Notes: a model not told the origin generated them from the letters alone. 63,966 nt of DNA, filler included, from Olpidium bornovanus S191 (GCA_017911155.1; 22 parts of 22 records of this genome joined end to end with filler, not necessarily neighbours in it); one strand, 5' to 3'. Shown: positions 32,856 through 49,286, numbered from the whole stretch's first letter. Numbers and translations are program-made.

Positions 32856-34600
32856 TTAAGCCGGGGCGAGGCCGCGCGCGATGTTCTTGACGACGGCGAC
32901 CCACCTCTCGGCGTCGGCGCGGGTGGGAAGCGAGAACTCGGCATAATCGACTTCCCCTCCCGAGCGCCCGAGGCTCCTGCCGCCGCCGCCGCCGCCGCCG
33001 CCGAACCTGACGCAGAAGCCGTTCTCGGGCGGGTACCACTGGCGGTCTTCCGGACCGCCCGGTCCGTCGACGCCGGTCGCCAGGGAGAGGTCGAGGGCGC
33101 ACTGGAATATCGAGTGGTTCGGGTTCGAGGAGACGGCGAAAAACAGCAGGTGCTGCTGGCAGAGCACGCAGGACCTCTGCTTCCAATACTGGGGGTTTCG
33201 GGTTGATGCGCACACGTGTAAATTTGGGAGGTCGGGGGGGGGGGGGGCCGGCGGGGGGGGGGGGAAACCGGGGTGGGCCTGTCAAGTTTTTTTTTTTTTT
33301 TTTTTTTTTGGATCAAAGATCCACGAACGCGTTCGCCCCTTTTCCTCCTTACCATGCAACCCCCCATCCTCACGGAGGGGTTTCCGAGAAACTTCGCGGA
33401 CCCGAGCCGCGATATCGAGTCGAGGATTTGCCCGAGGCGCGGCGGCGGGCGGCCGCCGCCGTCGTCGCGGCCGGCGAAGTGCCGGCTGACGTCTTTCATC
33501 AGGCCGTCGAGGTTCCACAGGTCCCCGATCCGGCCGCGGCACTCTTCGTAGGACGCCGGCGCGGGCCCGGCGATCGCCGGGGCCGCGAAGGGCCACACGA
33601 GCACCGAAACGGACGCTTGCGCGACGGCGACCGGCGCGTCGGCGTCGAGGTCGAGGTCGGGGTCGGGGTCGAGATCGGGGTCGAAGTCGTGGTCGGCGCG
33701 CCGTCCGCGGAGAGGCAGCGGCTCCGTTGTTTCTGGCGCGCGGCAAGCGACGGACCGCCTGCGCGCGGGCGGCAGGACCGCCGGGAGGCGGCGGACGGCG
33801 CCCAGAACGCGGCTGCACAAGCGGGAGGCGGCGGCGGCGGTCTCCGCCGGCGGCGGCGGCGGCGCGCGGCCTTCGTGCAGCGAAGCCGTGTCGGCGCGGT
33901 CGTCGCGCGGGTGCCGCAGGAGTCCGACGAGCTGCTCCTGGCCCGCGCCGCAGCCGGCGAGCGGGACGGTCGCACGGCCGACGACGACGTCCCCGACCTG
34001 GCGCCGGAACGGCGTGGGCGGCGGCTGCCGCCGGTGCTGCTCCGCGACGGGCTTCCGGGCCAGCGGGGTGCCGCCGACGCTCGGGCAGCGGGTCCCCGCG
34101 GCCGGTACGGAGGCGGGCCGCCCGGGGCGCTCGGCGGCGCCCGTCGCGACCAGCTTGAAGGCCACCGCTTTCGTCCAACGGCGGACCGGCCTGGCACGCG
34201 GCGGCACCGAGGGAAGGAGGAGGGGACCGTAAAACTTTGTCACCGGAGCCTGAGGCGGAACGACCGGTTCACCGCGGAAGGCCCGCCCCCGGCGCGCGCC
34301 ACTTACACCGTGAACTCCTCGTTGAATTCCGCGTGGTCCCCGTGAACCGGGACAGGGCGGCAGCAGGCCACCTGGTCGTCACACCCGACCAGCCAGTACA
34401 GCATCGGATGGCCCGCCGCCGCCGCGGCTTCCGCTCCCGCCGCGACGGCGCGGGACGGCGAGAGCCGCGAAAGCGACGGGCCGCACACGGAGCCGACGCG
34501 CACGAACGCCCTGCCTTCCGCCGAAGAGGTGCTCGCGTAGGCGGCCGCGAGCGACCGCATGAACTCGGCCTCGGACCGCGCGAAGTGGCCCCGCGGGCTG
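32856..34600 (-). CDS. C2-like plus PH domain protein, anillin/Bud4-like C-terminus (multi-exon)
   Basis: C2-like: GRAFVRVGSV...LYWLVGCDDQVACCRPVPV...EFNEEFTV followed by GTAAGT. PH-like: YWKQRSCVLCQQHLLFF...ALDL...ENGFCVRF...FSLPTRADAERWVAVVKNI. Confidence 0.55.
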
Positions 34601-35270
34601 CAGTCCGGACGCCCCCGCCGAGGTTCCGGGGGCGGCCGCTGGACGGGGGGCGTCGCGCCGCGCGCGGGCAGGGCGGGCGGGGCCGCGCTCTCCGGGCCCG
34701 GTGGCGCCCGCGGCCGGCCGGGAGCCTGGGGAAGGGACGGGGGAACGCGTGGCGTGGCGTGGCGCGTGATTTTAGGGGGGTGGGGGGGGGAAGGGAACCG
34801 CGAGGGGTCGGTTTTGAACGTGGTCAATACCGGGATCGCAAGCGCAACGCAAACGGCGAGCCCGGGGGGAAGGGGGAGATTTCTTTTTCAACCTGCCTCG
34901 TCGGCAAGAGTCGGCGGCGCGGGCTCTCGCGGCAACCGGGCGGCGCGGTCCCTCTCCGGCGGCGCGGCGGCGGCGGACGACGACGGCGGGAGGCCGGGGA
35001 GCGGGCGCGCGGCGGCTGCGGCTGCGGCCACGGCCCTCGCGGAGCGGCGGTCGCTTAGCAGGAGGGACTCGACGGCGGCCTCGATGCTCCAGGCGGCCCC
35101 CGCGCGGGGCGGCGGGCCGGCGGGTTTGGACCGGGCTGCGTTTGGGCCGGACGGGGGGGTGGCGGCGGCGGCGGGGCGGCAGCGGAGCGGAGGCGGCGAC
35201 GGGAGGGAGCGGAAAGCGAGCGGGGGGGAACAGCAGGGGCACGAGGCGGAAGCCATTCGGAATGTGTGTT

Positions 35271-35304
<34 letters not shown>

Positions 35305-35331
35305 CTCTCCTTTTTTTTTTTTTTTTTTTTT

Positions 35332-35380
<49 letters not shown>

Positions 35381-36223
35381 GCGAGCGCGTTCTGCGAGAG
35401 AGAGAGAGAGAGAGAGAGAGGAAAAGAAAAGCCAAGCCTCCCTCTCTTTCGCCCTCTCATCATCGCCTCTCTCTCGCTCTCTCTCTGTCTCTCTCTCGCT
35501 CTCTCTCGCTCTCTCTCTCTGTCTCTCTCTCTCTCTTTCTCTTTCTCTCACTCTTTCTCGCACGGTCCATGTCGGGTCTAAAAAAAAACGTGCCCGACTG
35601 ACGGGGAGGAGAGAAGGGGGAAAAAAAGCAAAAAAAANNNNNNNNNNNNNNNNNNNNNNNNNNNNNNNNNNNNNNNNNNNNTTAATTAATTAANNNNNNN
35701 NNNNNNNNNNNNNNNNNNNNNNNNNNNNNNNNNNNNNCAGCGTAGGGGCCACCAGATGAGGTGCGGAAAACGAGCACTCGATGGCCCAAGTTTCCTTTGA
35801 GAAGATCGCGGGTTCGTTGCTTTTATTGCGTTCGATTCTACGTTCGGTTCGTTCGTTTGGTGCGTTCGAGCTCAGGGGGGAAAGAAAATCTATCTGCGTA
35901 CAGCCGTCGAACGCGTAAATTATCACTACGCGTAAATTGAAATTGAGAAGCAATAGACAGGCAATTCGAAGGGGGCAGACTCAAATCAAAGACTACAGAA
36001 TCGAACTGGAATAAAATATAACCGAATCAAATAAAGTACAATCGAAATCGAAACAAAATAAAGTCGAAATCAAAACGGAATAAATCAAAATAGAAGCGAA
36101 CAAAGTTTACAAATCAAAATTGACCAAAGTACAATCGAAATCAAAACAGAATAAAATTGAAGTAATAAGGGTGAACAAAGTTCACACCACAACGGGACGC
36201 CTGACCCAATCGTAAGGTCTTTT

Positions 36224-37018
36224 TTGGACCTCGAGGCGGAAGAGCAAGGCCGAGCGGAAAGCGAGGGCCAAGGGTCAGAGGGGACCAGCGACGAAGCTGA
36301 CAGACTCAAAGACAATGGTGAAGACATTACCTTTACTTCGGGAGATGACGAGCGCCGCGACGGAACGGACACGCCGCCTACGGTGCTCGCCGAAACCGGA
36401 GCCGAAACCGGAAAGCCTGGAGCCGCGACTGAGAACGAAGGAAAACCGCATCGATTCGCCTGGGTCAAAGCGTGCCTATCGCAGACGAAGCAGACCGCTA
36501 AGGACCGCGCGAACAGGGTGCGGGCGCGCGCCGCGGTCCGCGACACGCTCTTCGCAGGGGGCGGGTCGAAGCGACACGACGCGACAGCAACGAAGAAGTC
36601 TCCGACCAATGAGCCGAACAAAGACGAACAACAAGTGGCAGTACCTTCGTCGACTGCGGGTGGCAACACGGGGCGTTCAGCGGAGAGCAGCGAGTCGGAG
36701 CTGGTGCCGAGGAGATCGAGAAGGATCGCGCGAGGGAAGGAGACGCCGACCGCCGGCGCGGCGACGACGACGACGGAAAAACGCCAAGCGAATGCCTTGC
36801 CTTTGACGGATCGCCGCCCGACGACGCCGACGGGGGCAGCCCAGCGACCGGCCTGGGAGCTGTCAGCCTGGAACCAGGGGCAACTCGGCCGTCTGCAGGA
36901 CAGGGAGCGGGCCCGTTGGAACAATCTCATCGGCGCCGCGCACGAAGCTCTCCCTGGCGGGATGGCAGCAGCGCGCCGCCGGGCCTTCGAAACCGACGCC
37001 GACGCGTACAGCTTCATG
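36224..37018 (+). CDS. Hypothetical ORF open to the contig end (possibly retroelement ORF1)
   Basis: About 265 codons open with no intron, acidic then basic low complexity, ending in a helical segment (ERARWNNLIGAAHEAL). No homology recognised. Confidence 0.3.
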
Positions 37019-37118
37019 NNNNNNNNNNNNNNNNNNNNNNNNNNNNNNNNNNNNNNNNNNNNTTAATTAATTAANNNNNNNNNNNNNNNNNNNNNNNNNN
37101 NNNNNNNNNNNNNNNNNN

Positions 37119-37713
37119 CATGCGGTCGCTGTACGAGTGCAATTACGCGAAATTTTTCAAGGCCCTAGGTGCGCGTCGAACCCGTGTCACGTTTGAGCGG
37201 AATCTCGACTGCCGCTACGCGTGGCCGCTGATTTGTACCAAAACTTCCACAACCCCGCCGTTTCGAAGCGGCCATCGAGGAGACGCACCTTCGCACGTCG
37301 CGCATCCTGTTCAACCACCGGCGCTACTACGTGCGGGAGATGCGTATCAAGGCCTACGCGCAGCTGTTGGAGAGTTACAGGTCCATGACGCTGGAGAGCA
37401 TGGCGCAGGCGTTCGGCGTCGGGGAGGAATTCATTGACAGGTGCGTCAATGTGGCGCGCAACACACCCTTTGTGTCTGTTTCCAACTCGGCTTCGGCCTG
37501 AAAGCCCCATTTTCGGTATTAATCTGTTCTCCCTGCAGCGATCTCTCGCGATTTATCGCTGCTGGGCGCGTCAATTGCGTGATTGACAGGGTCAACGGGG
37601 TTGTCGAGACCAACCGGCCCGACGCCAAGAACGCCCAGTATCAGCAGTGCATTAAGCAGGGCGATCTTCTGCTCAACCGGGTGCAGAAACTGAGTCGCGT
37701 TATAAACGTGTAA
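37119..37713 (+). CDS. RPN7: 26S proteasome lid subunit Rpn7, C-terminal 3 exons
   Basis: [11 protein letters not shown]; [39 protein letters not shown]; [57 protein letters not shown]. Confidence 0.97.
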
Positions 37714-38379
37714 AAGACCGAGCGCGGGGTGAGCAGTTTTGCATTGCCGCTTTGTTATGGCTTTGATTGGAGATCGCCTTCCTAGTTTGCCGTAGGCTGT
37801 TCTGCGAATATAAATATAACTGAGATTATTAGGCGATCGGTAGAACGATACGTTGGCAAGGAGTGCCATCCGGCATAGCTGTCTCCCAGCAAATAATCAT
37901 TCCCAAAAAAATTTGATGTTTTTCCACAGCCAATTTTCGCTGCAACCTGCCATCGTTTTTGCTTTTATGGATGTGTTGGTGGCGTGACGGCTTGGCCAGA
38001 GTAGTCTTATTGGGCGGATCTAGAAGAAGCCTTGCTATATGACGGCATGCACGCCATAGGTGCCTTCGCGGGTGACTTCTCTTCCGTCTGTCGATGCTCG
38101 GCCAATAAGCTCACTACCGGCGGCATTGGACATCGAGACAGATAGATTGAGCGACAACCGTTAGAGTCACGAGGAGTGGCAGGAAAGAGCGAATGTTGGG
38201 GGGCACCGTTGAGCGCGCCCCGAAAAACACGGAACGTAGAGGGCAAAAAGGAAGAAAGGGGGAATTTTCCCCACGGTCGCCGAGACCGCCCAGGAGTGCT
38301 TTTCGAACATCCCGCAAAGGGATAAAGTGTCGGGACGTTTGGCCGGCGCACATACCCCACGCGAACGTTGAAGGCGGCG

Positions 38380-38848
38380 ATGCCGGGCGGCCGTTTTGAC
38401 CTGCTCGCGACCGGGGCGTTGCTGGCCGCAGTCGCGTACGCCCTGGGCCGGATCAGGGGAGGTTGCTCCGCAAAGGCACCCGGCTGCTCGGATCCGCGCG
38501 GCCTCCGGCCGCGGTCGGCGGCGGAGACGGCGGGGCCGGCCGGCGAACGCGAAGAGGCCGCGGACGACGGCGCGCGCCGCCAGCAGCTGCGCTCGCAAGC
38601 CGAAATGCTGCCGTGCGTGCGGAGCCTCCGGTCGGAGGGCGGCCGGTACGCCGAGCGCGAGCCGTATCGGCCCGTCGAAGCGGAGGGAGCGGCCGCGATC
38701 TCGCGCCACTTCACCGCGGGGACCCTCGCGGGAGACGGCAAGCTCGGGATGTGGCCCCTCGTTTTCGAGGAGGACGGCGGGAAGCGGTCCCGCACCGTAC
38801 TGCACGTCGGGCGCCGCTTATGCGGACACGACGGCATCGTCCACGGCG
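38380..38848 (+). CDS. PaaI/THEM4-type hotdog-fold thioesterase, first exon
   Basis: Hydrophobic N-terminus, then RHFTAGTLAGDGKL...VLHVGRRLCGHDGIVHGG followed by a GTAGGA donor. Confidence 0.85.
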
Positions 38849-38950
38849 GTAGGACTTCTTTTATTTTTTTTTTTTCGGGGGGCCCCGAAGCGGACGCGTC
38901 GCACTTTCCGTATGTGGGGCGCCGAAGTTGATTCCGATCTCCCGCCCGCC

Positions 38951-39031
<81 letters not shown>

Positions 39032-40500
39032 GCCCCCCCCCCNNNNNNNNNNNNNNNNNNNNNNNNNNNNNNNNNNNNNNNNNNNNTTAATTAATTAANN
39101 NNNNNNNNNNNNNNNNNNNNNNNNNNNNNNNNNNNNNNNNNNCATGGAGAAAGCGCGATGATGTTGGTGGGCGAAGTTGCTGCGTGTCTGTGCGTCGTTC
39201 CCCTCGTCTTGCGACAACATATTTTATTGCATCCCACAAATCTGTGCCAACGCTTAATGTTTTAATGACTACCGCGCAATTACTGAACGAACAGTTTGGC
39301 AGTCAAATTTGACACCATCTTTAGATCAAAAGGGTAGATTGTTTCACGCAAATTGCCCCCGAACACTTTTCCACACTCTGGATTAAATTCACTATGACGA
39401 TATGACAGGCCCCGGCGCAGAATGGTATTGCTGAGTGCCTCCATCGCATAATTTTGGAACCCGCCCGCGCCCTGCTCGCCAACGGCCATTTTTCAATCAA
39501 TTTATGGTCTGAGATCTGCCGGACTAAATTCATCTGTGCAACCTCTTACCCCACGATCATGATGATGGTGCGTCACCATGGGATGATTTTATTGACCATA
39601 TGCGGCGTCTGGGATAATTCCGGTCTACCTCTAACGGATTTTCACACCATCAGCTGCCTCGCTTTCTCCAACCTTTGCCTTGCTTTCTCCACCCTTGCCT
39701 CGCTTGTCTTTCCTCGCTTTCTCCAACCTCCTGGATCACAGGTGACTCGGTCCGCATGGTGTGGGAACCCAATAATCTCGACCAACATGCTACCGGACTC
39801 TGCGACTACCCCCGCCGCACTGCCGAGACGATTCCCCATCTCTTGGCTCTTATCTGACATGCAAACCCGATGGCACCTGGACCGGGTTTGCATCATCCCA
39901 CCTCAACACAAATGCCACCCCTCCATTTCATCCCGAACCTCCTCCCTTCGCTGGAACTGCAACTTCTTTGGAAGCGACAGATTACGTCGCGCCGTGGACA
40001 TGGAGATTGATAACTTACGCCATTTAAAGAAGTTGTCCTTGTTTCACGCAAATAACCTGTTCAGGCGCAAGATTCACACTGATAATACGGCCGCTACCTT
40101 GATCAAAAACATTTCTCGTCCAAGAGATGATCAAATCACTTGATGCTGTTCCGGGTGAGCCCCTCCTCTCCCCTTCCCCACGCCCGTTCTCCTCTCTGGC
40201 CAACCAACCACCACCGCCCAACCGGTCGCCCGACCGACCGGCCCCAAAACCGCCGTCGTCCGCGCGCCCGCGCCCAGGCGCCCCGCGCCCACGTCCACGC
40301 CCGGAAGAACAGAGGGATAGGCGGAGGAGAGAGAGGGGAGGAAGGGGAGAAGGGGGCGGGGGGAGAGGGAGAGAGGCAGAGAGAGAAAGAGAGAGCGAGA
40401 GAGAGAGAGATACAGAGCGCGGGAGGAGGCGGCGCAAGCAGAAAACAAGGAAAACGCGCCAGGTCCCGGCGAGCCCCTTGCGACCTTAACCCACGCAGAC

Positions 40501-41160
40501 ATGGCCTTCGCCGACTCACGCCGCGTGCGCCCCTCTGCCGCGCCGGGCGCTTCGGCCGCCGCCCCGCCGCAGGCCCAATTTGCGGACGAACGGGGCGAAC
40601 GGCTACGCGGGAAGGCTGAGCCGGAGGACGGAGGCGGCGGCGACGACGCCGACGACGCCGACGACCCGAACGAGGAGAGCGCCGACGAAGTTACTTTCAA
40701 CCTCGCGCGCCTCAGCACCGGCGGTGCGGCGAACGGCGGCACGGCGGCCAGCGAAACCGACAGCAAGGCGGCCCCGTCGTCACCAGGTGCGCGTGCGCGG
40801 GTTCCCCCCGCCTTCCCCCCCCCCAGGCTTCTTCAACCCGAGGGCGGGAGCGTCGCATACGGGGCTTCCCGTGCTGCTGTACCGCACGTTCGTTTGCTTA
40901 CCGGTCCGCAATCTCCCGTTTGTCACGGCCTCGCCGCTTTGCAGTACGGCATCACCACGACCGCCTCGTCAAGAATCAGCACGATGTCGTCGTGACCTTG
41001 GCGGACCAGCAGGCGGACCCGAACTCGCCGCTGTACTCCATCACTTCGTTTGAGGACCTCGGCCTGAGTCCCGAACTGCTGCGAGGCGTCTACCACATGA
41101 AGTTTACGAGGCCGTCCAAGATCCAGGAGAAAGCTTTGCCTCTGCTCCTGCAGAATCCGT
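40501..41160 (+). CDS. DBP5: DEAD-box mRNA export helicase Dbp5/DDX19, N-terminal exons
   Basis: [65 protein letters not shown] (Dbp5 N-terminal motif and Q motif). Confidence 0.95.
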
Positions 41161-41312
41161 ACGGTATTTCCGCGCCACGCGCCGCCCGGGCGCCGACTGT
41201 TTTTGTCGCGCNNNNNNNNNNNNNNNNNNNNNNNNNNNNNNNNNNNNNNNNNNNNTTAATTAATTAANNNNNNNNNNNNNNNNNNNNNNNNNNNNNNNNN
41301 NNNNNNNNNNNC

Positions 41313-42194
41313 CATGAACATCGCGTACCAGGACGTCGTCCGGATGTACGGCGAGGACTCTTCCACGATGCCGCCCGAGGAATTCTTCGGCATTTTTCGG
41401 ACGTTTCTGTCTTCGTTCGAGGTCCGTCCGTTGCCCGTGCGGGTTTTGCTTTTAAGGAGACAAGGTGCTTGAACGCAATTCCCACTCAAAGAGTGCCGAT
41501 CGTCCAATGCTTTCGGGTACTTTTAGAAAGTTTTGAAGGATAACGAAAAGCTCCGGGAGAAGGAGGCACAGTTGGAGAAGAAACGGCAGGCGGAGAAAGA
41601 GCGAGAAGATCGACGCCTGGCTCGGCTGCAGGAACGGGAACGGCAGAAAGAGAAGGAGACAGCCACGTCCGATTGTAGGCTACTTTCGTGGGGTGGTTCT
41701 CGCTCACGCCGATCCGCTACGGCCACGAGCAATTTGAATTTCTTTTTTTTATATCGCGTGTCGTTTACGCGTGCGTCGTCCCCCGTACCTTGCGCATCGC
41801 AGCTGCCAACGAGGAACGCGGACAAATGGACAATCTGCTTGACTCGCTGCGCAAGGGCAAAGAAGTTGATTCGCACAAGAACAAGCGAGTTCGCGACATA
41901 GCTCGGCGGGAGAAGGCCGTCCGCCGCAGCTCTATCACCAACAGGGCGCTGGACTTGCTCAACAAGATCAACGACTCGGACCCGGACAAACCCGAGGGGG
42001 CGCCGCGGTCGCGGAAGCGAGGCTTGAAGAGTTCGCTTGCGGAAATCGGGGATATGGAGAGCGACGGCAAGTCCGAAAGTAGCCGAATCGCCGAGGGTGC
42101 GCCTGCGTTTGATGCTGCGGAGGTCAAGGAGGACCCGGAGCCGCCAGAAAGAAAGGAAAACAACGAGTCGAGGTCGGCAGAGAATCAGGCGTAA
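41313..42194 (+). CDS. Diaphanous-related formin, end of FH2 plus DAD (3 exons)
   Basis: YQDVVRMYGED...PEEFFGIFRTFLSSFE (FH2 end), an E/K/R coiled segment, and GQMDNLLDSLRKG (DAD core) followed by a basic patch. Confidence 0.88.
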
Positions 42195-43393
42195 AGAAAA
42201 AGGAAAGGTTCAAACTCGTGATTTGTCGACCAGCGAGAAATGCGGGGTGGGGGAGAGTTCTTTGACTGGAGATCAAATCGTTTTTTTTCTGTTCAGCCAA
42301 AACATTCGCTGGAGCCTATGTATGTACTCTATACATCCAATCAAGTTATCACATCTGTAATCCAAACTAGCATTTCTTAGGATGGAAAACGTAACTCGCT
42401 GCTCTACTGAACACAGCAGCGAGGTTTCGCCTGGTTCGGGGGGCGGAGCCGCGTGAACCCGGTACTTTAAACTCCCCACGTGCGCACGTTGGGAGAGGGC
42501 GCAGCAGACCAGAACGTGTCTGTGCTAGATGGCAAACTCTAGAATTCTCCACCGTCCGCCGGCGATTTTGTCCGACTACGAGCGCGCTGCTTTTCCCTCC
42601 CTCCCTTCCCCGGCGGGATTCGACGGCCGCCGCGGCGGCCGCCTTCCAAGTTTTTTTTTTTTGTATCACAAATATACTTTAGGTATTAGTTACAGGCGTG
42701 CACGCGAAACTTCGCCGGAAACCGGCGTTTTGCCGCGGCAGAGGCCGTTTCGGCGCTGGGGTGGGGTTGCCGCGGAAAGCGCGTGTCGTGGAAATAGAGG
42801 ATTTTTGACCCATCTGATGTGACGTCATCACGAACGTGGAGGCGGGGTTTTGCACAAGCGAGGCGCCATTTAGGACTCCCCCGCCCCCCGGGCGTTTTTT
42901 GACGTCTATCAGGAAGGTGTCCGACATGTCCGACATCCTATTTGGGGGGCCTACAAGTGTCCTATACGGAAATTTATGGACGCCCCGAAGTTCCTTTTTG
43001 AACGAGTGTTTGACATGTGCTAATATCTCCTGTAAGGCCTGTTGCCGCAGTTACCCTGTTATTTGGTGTCCCCCCCCCCCCTTCCCTCATTATAAAGCAC
43101 CTGGCCCTCCGCCTCGGCCCCGCATCTGCCCGGCGACTCTTCTGCCTTTTCCAACTGGCGGCCGTGCCGGCATGGCGGGGCAGCTTTGGGGGGGGGGGAA
43201 GGAAGGAATTCTCCGCAGGCAGCGTCTTCTGCCACGGGGAGGTTTTGTGTGCACGCGCGCGCGGAAAAACTCTTCCCTTTCCCCCCGAGGCGGGGTGTGT
43301 GTGCGGCGGACCGGGCTTGGTCCCTTCCCCCACCCACCCCCCGGGGGTCCGCCACACCACCCAAAGAAAAAAAAAAAAAGGACCCGCAGAAAA

Positions 43394-45455
<2,062 letters not shown>

Positions 45456-45701
45456 ATAATAAACGGCCCCGTGCCTCACAAATTCCACGCAAAAAAAAAA
45501 TCTGGCCCGCATATAATCCATCAGCTTCATTCGCAAAAAGTAGCGAACATTCTGACAGGAGAGCCCGCTTGGAAGCGAAGAGGAAGGATTTGCATTGATT
45601 TTTTGACTAAGGGCGTGGAATATCTGCCGAAAACTGGACGGTCCAAAGAAGGCGTGCGTGTGAATAAGGACCGAATTGGTCGGGTAGGGTGTGACTAAAC
45701 T

Positions 45702-46757
45702 TCAGTCTTCGGGGCCTCCTTCTCTTCGCCTTCGAGTGCAGGCATTTCTGGACGTCAGCGCGTACACACACCGGGCAAAAGACACGTGAGCATTCTCAAT
45801 CATCCACCACATTCCGTTTGGTGTTGAAAGACCTACGCCCCCTCCTCATCGTCAGAGTCGCCTGCGTCGCCTTCACCTTCGCCGCCGAGGCCCTTGAGGT
45901 CAAAATCGGACGCGCCGCCGCCGCCGCCCATATTTGACATGATCTGCAGAAACGAACAATTTCCGGGCGCGCAGGCAATTTTAGGAATACGCTTTTGCGG
46001 AATAACAAAAAAGCAGGTCTCAAAAAATTTAAAGATCGCAGTCCTCACCTGAGAGAAATCCATGCCGCCCATACCGGGCATTCCGCCCATGCCGCCTTCG
46101 TCCTCTGTATCCTCGTCCTCGTCTCTCCACCTCGAAAAGTCCGTCTTGAGGAAGATCGGCTTCTTTAATTCCTTCTGCAGGCGTGGCCACCAGGGCTCGC
46201 CGTGGTCGGCTTTGTTAATCACCAGAAAGATCTGCCGGTCGTTGATGCTCTGCTTACTCTTCTGTGGGGCGCCGAACGACGTATTATATTCAGTCAAACG
46301 GTAGGAAAATCGGGAGAGGATTGCGTCAATTCCCGGCAGCGTTGGCGGTCGCGCATGGTTTTGCTCCGTCGCCTGCCGCACTGCAGAAATTATATGCAGG
46401 CATCGGTCGAGCCAAGTACGCGAGGCAGTCCCAACACAGCGACCAGATCATCCAAGACAAAATCTGCTCCAAGCCGCATCTTGCCCGTCCAACCAAGCCC
46501 TTTCGCTGCCGTGTCGACATTGTTTTTTTTTTCGCTTCCCTCGCATTTCCTCTCCAATACTTGCCTCCGGGTTGACCTTGCCGTAAAACTCGAGCTCGAA
46601 GTCGTACACCTTCCCCTGCAGACCTGCGACGGAAGTCTGAAAGTGCAGTTTATCTTCGGTCAAGTCGATTTTGGGCTCCCTGGCGTCCTGCACGTTAACG
46701 GTGACATAGAGCTCGTTGTCGCGCTGGGCCCAGCAGACCTCGGGGTGGGCAGTCGTT
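45702..46757 (-). CDS. SBA1: Hsp90 co-chaperone p23/Sba1 (first exon not located)
   Basis: HPEVCWAQRDNELYVTVNV; YDFELEFYGKV; WWPRLQKE..KPIFLKTDFSRWRDEDE; GGMGGMPGMGGMDF acidic tail. Convergent with HEM15, 246 bp apart. Confidence 0.95.
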
Positions 46758-46998
46758 CTGCGGAAAAAAAAAAATGGGAACGCCGGTGGAGTTAAGAACG
46801 CGAAAACGGGCTGTCTGCCGCCGCGCTCCTTTTTCGCTGGGGGCAGACGGAAGAAAAAACCGGCGGTCGCAGCAGCAACAGAGGAAACAAGGAAAAACNN
46901 NNNNNNNNNNNNNNNNNNNNNNNNNNNNNNNNNNNNNNNNNNTTAATTAATTAANNNNNNNNNNNNNNNNNNNNNNNNNNNNNNNNNNNNNNNNNNNN

Positions 46999-48314
<1,316 letters not shown>

Positions 48315-49286
48315 TCACCGCAGACAGTACCCTCCCTTGCCTCCTTCCTCCGCCTCCTCCTCTTCCTTCTCCTTCTCCTCCTCCGTCCCGCTCCAACGCC
48401 CCCCGAGCCGGCCCCCTTTGCCCTTTCCCTTCCCCGCGCGGGGCGGTCTGGCGTAGTTCCTGCTGCTGCTGCTGCTGTGGCCGCCGCCAAGAACGGCCGG
48501 CGGCGGGGGACTTTGTCTCCTTCGCACGACCAGGGCCGCCAAGCGCGGTGGGCACTGAGGGCTGGTGGCGGCCGATCGCCGCTTTTCGCGCCTTTCGGTT
48601 TCCGGCGGCCCTCTTTCCCCTTTTTTTTTTTTTTTTTTTTTTTTTTTCCTTTTTTTCGGGTGCCGAGTAGTTGAGGCAGCGGGGTTTTTTTATTTTTTTC
48701 ATTTTTTTTTTTTTGGAACACACCCCGCAAAATACGAATTGGCCGAACTCCAGCGACTCTCCCCGCGCCGTAATCGAGGCATGTGCCGTCGACATTATCG
48801 GGCTTTCCTACGGTCAGGAAGGGCACTGCGGTTCGCCAGAGCCTCGAATTGGTGCCCGTTTAGTGCACCCGGCCAGGCGCGCAGCCAGAGTCCCGCTAGG
48901 GGCCTTGTTGGGTCTTGGGTCTGCCACCCTCGTTGAAAAGGTCGTTGTGACGCCGATCCCCCGCGTCTGTCGGGGCACCCGATCACGACATCGCCGAATG
49001 TGCCCCAGAGCTGGTGGGAGGGGTGCAGTTTGCCCTGCGCCGACCAGTGAAGCCGCGGGGCTGTACATGGGGGCCTGACAAGGAATTTTTGCAAGTGCCG
49101 CGAATCTGCTTGAGAAAAGTCAACGACCAGTTGCGGTGTCAGATCTGGGTTAATCTTGAAGGGTGCAGGAGTGGACTTTAGGATGGNNNNNNNNNNNNNN
49201 NNNNNNNNNNNNNNNNNNNNNNNNNNNNNNTTAATTAATTAANNNNNNNNNNNNNNNNNNNNNNNNNNNNNNNNNNNNNNNNNNNN

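Noticed and set aside
11709-35693. Many long Arg/Gly/Pro/Ala-rich ORFs (e.g. 11709-13214, 30398-31858, 32063-34243) as genes
   Set aside because: They are shadow frames caused by high GC and homopolymer runs, overlapping real spliced genes or low-complexity DNA.
42820-42827. TGACGTCA CRE/ATF site upstream of HEM15
   Set aside because: A single 8-mer is expected by chance about once in a window this size.
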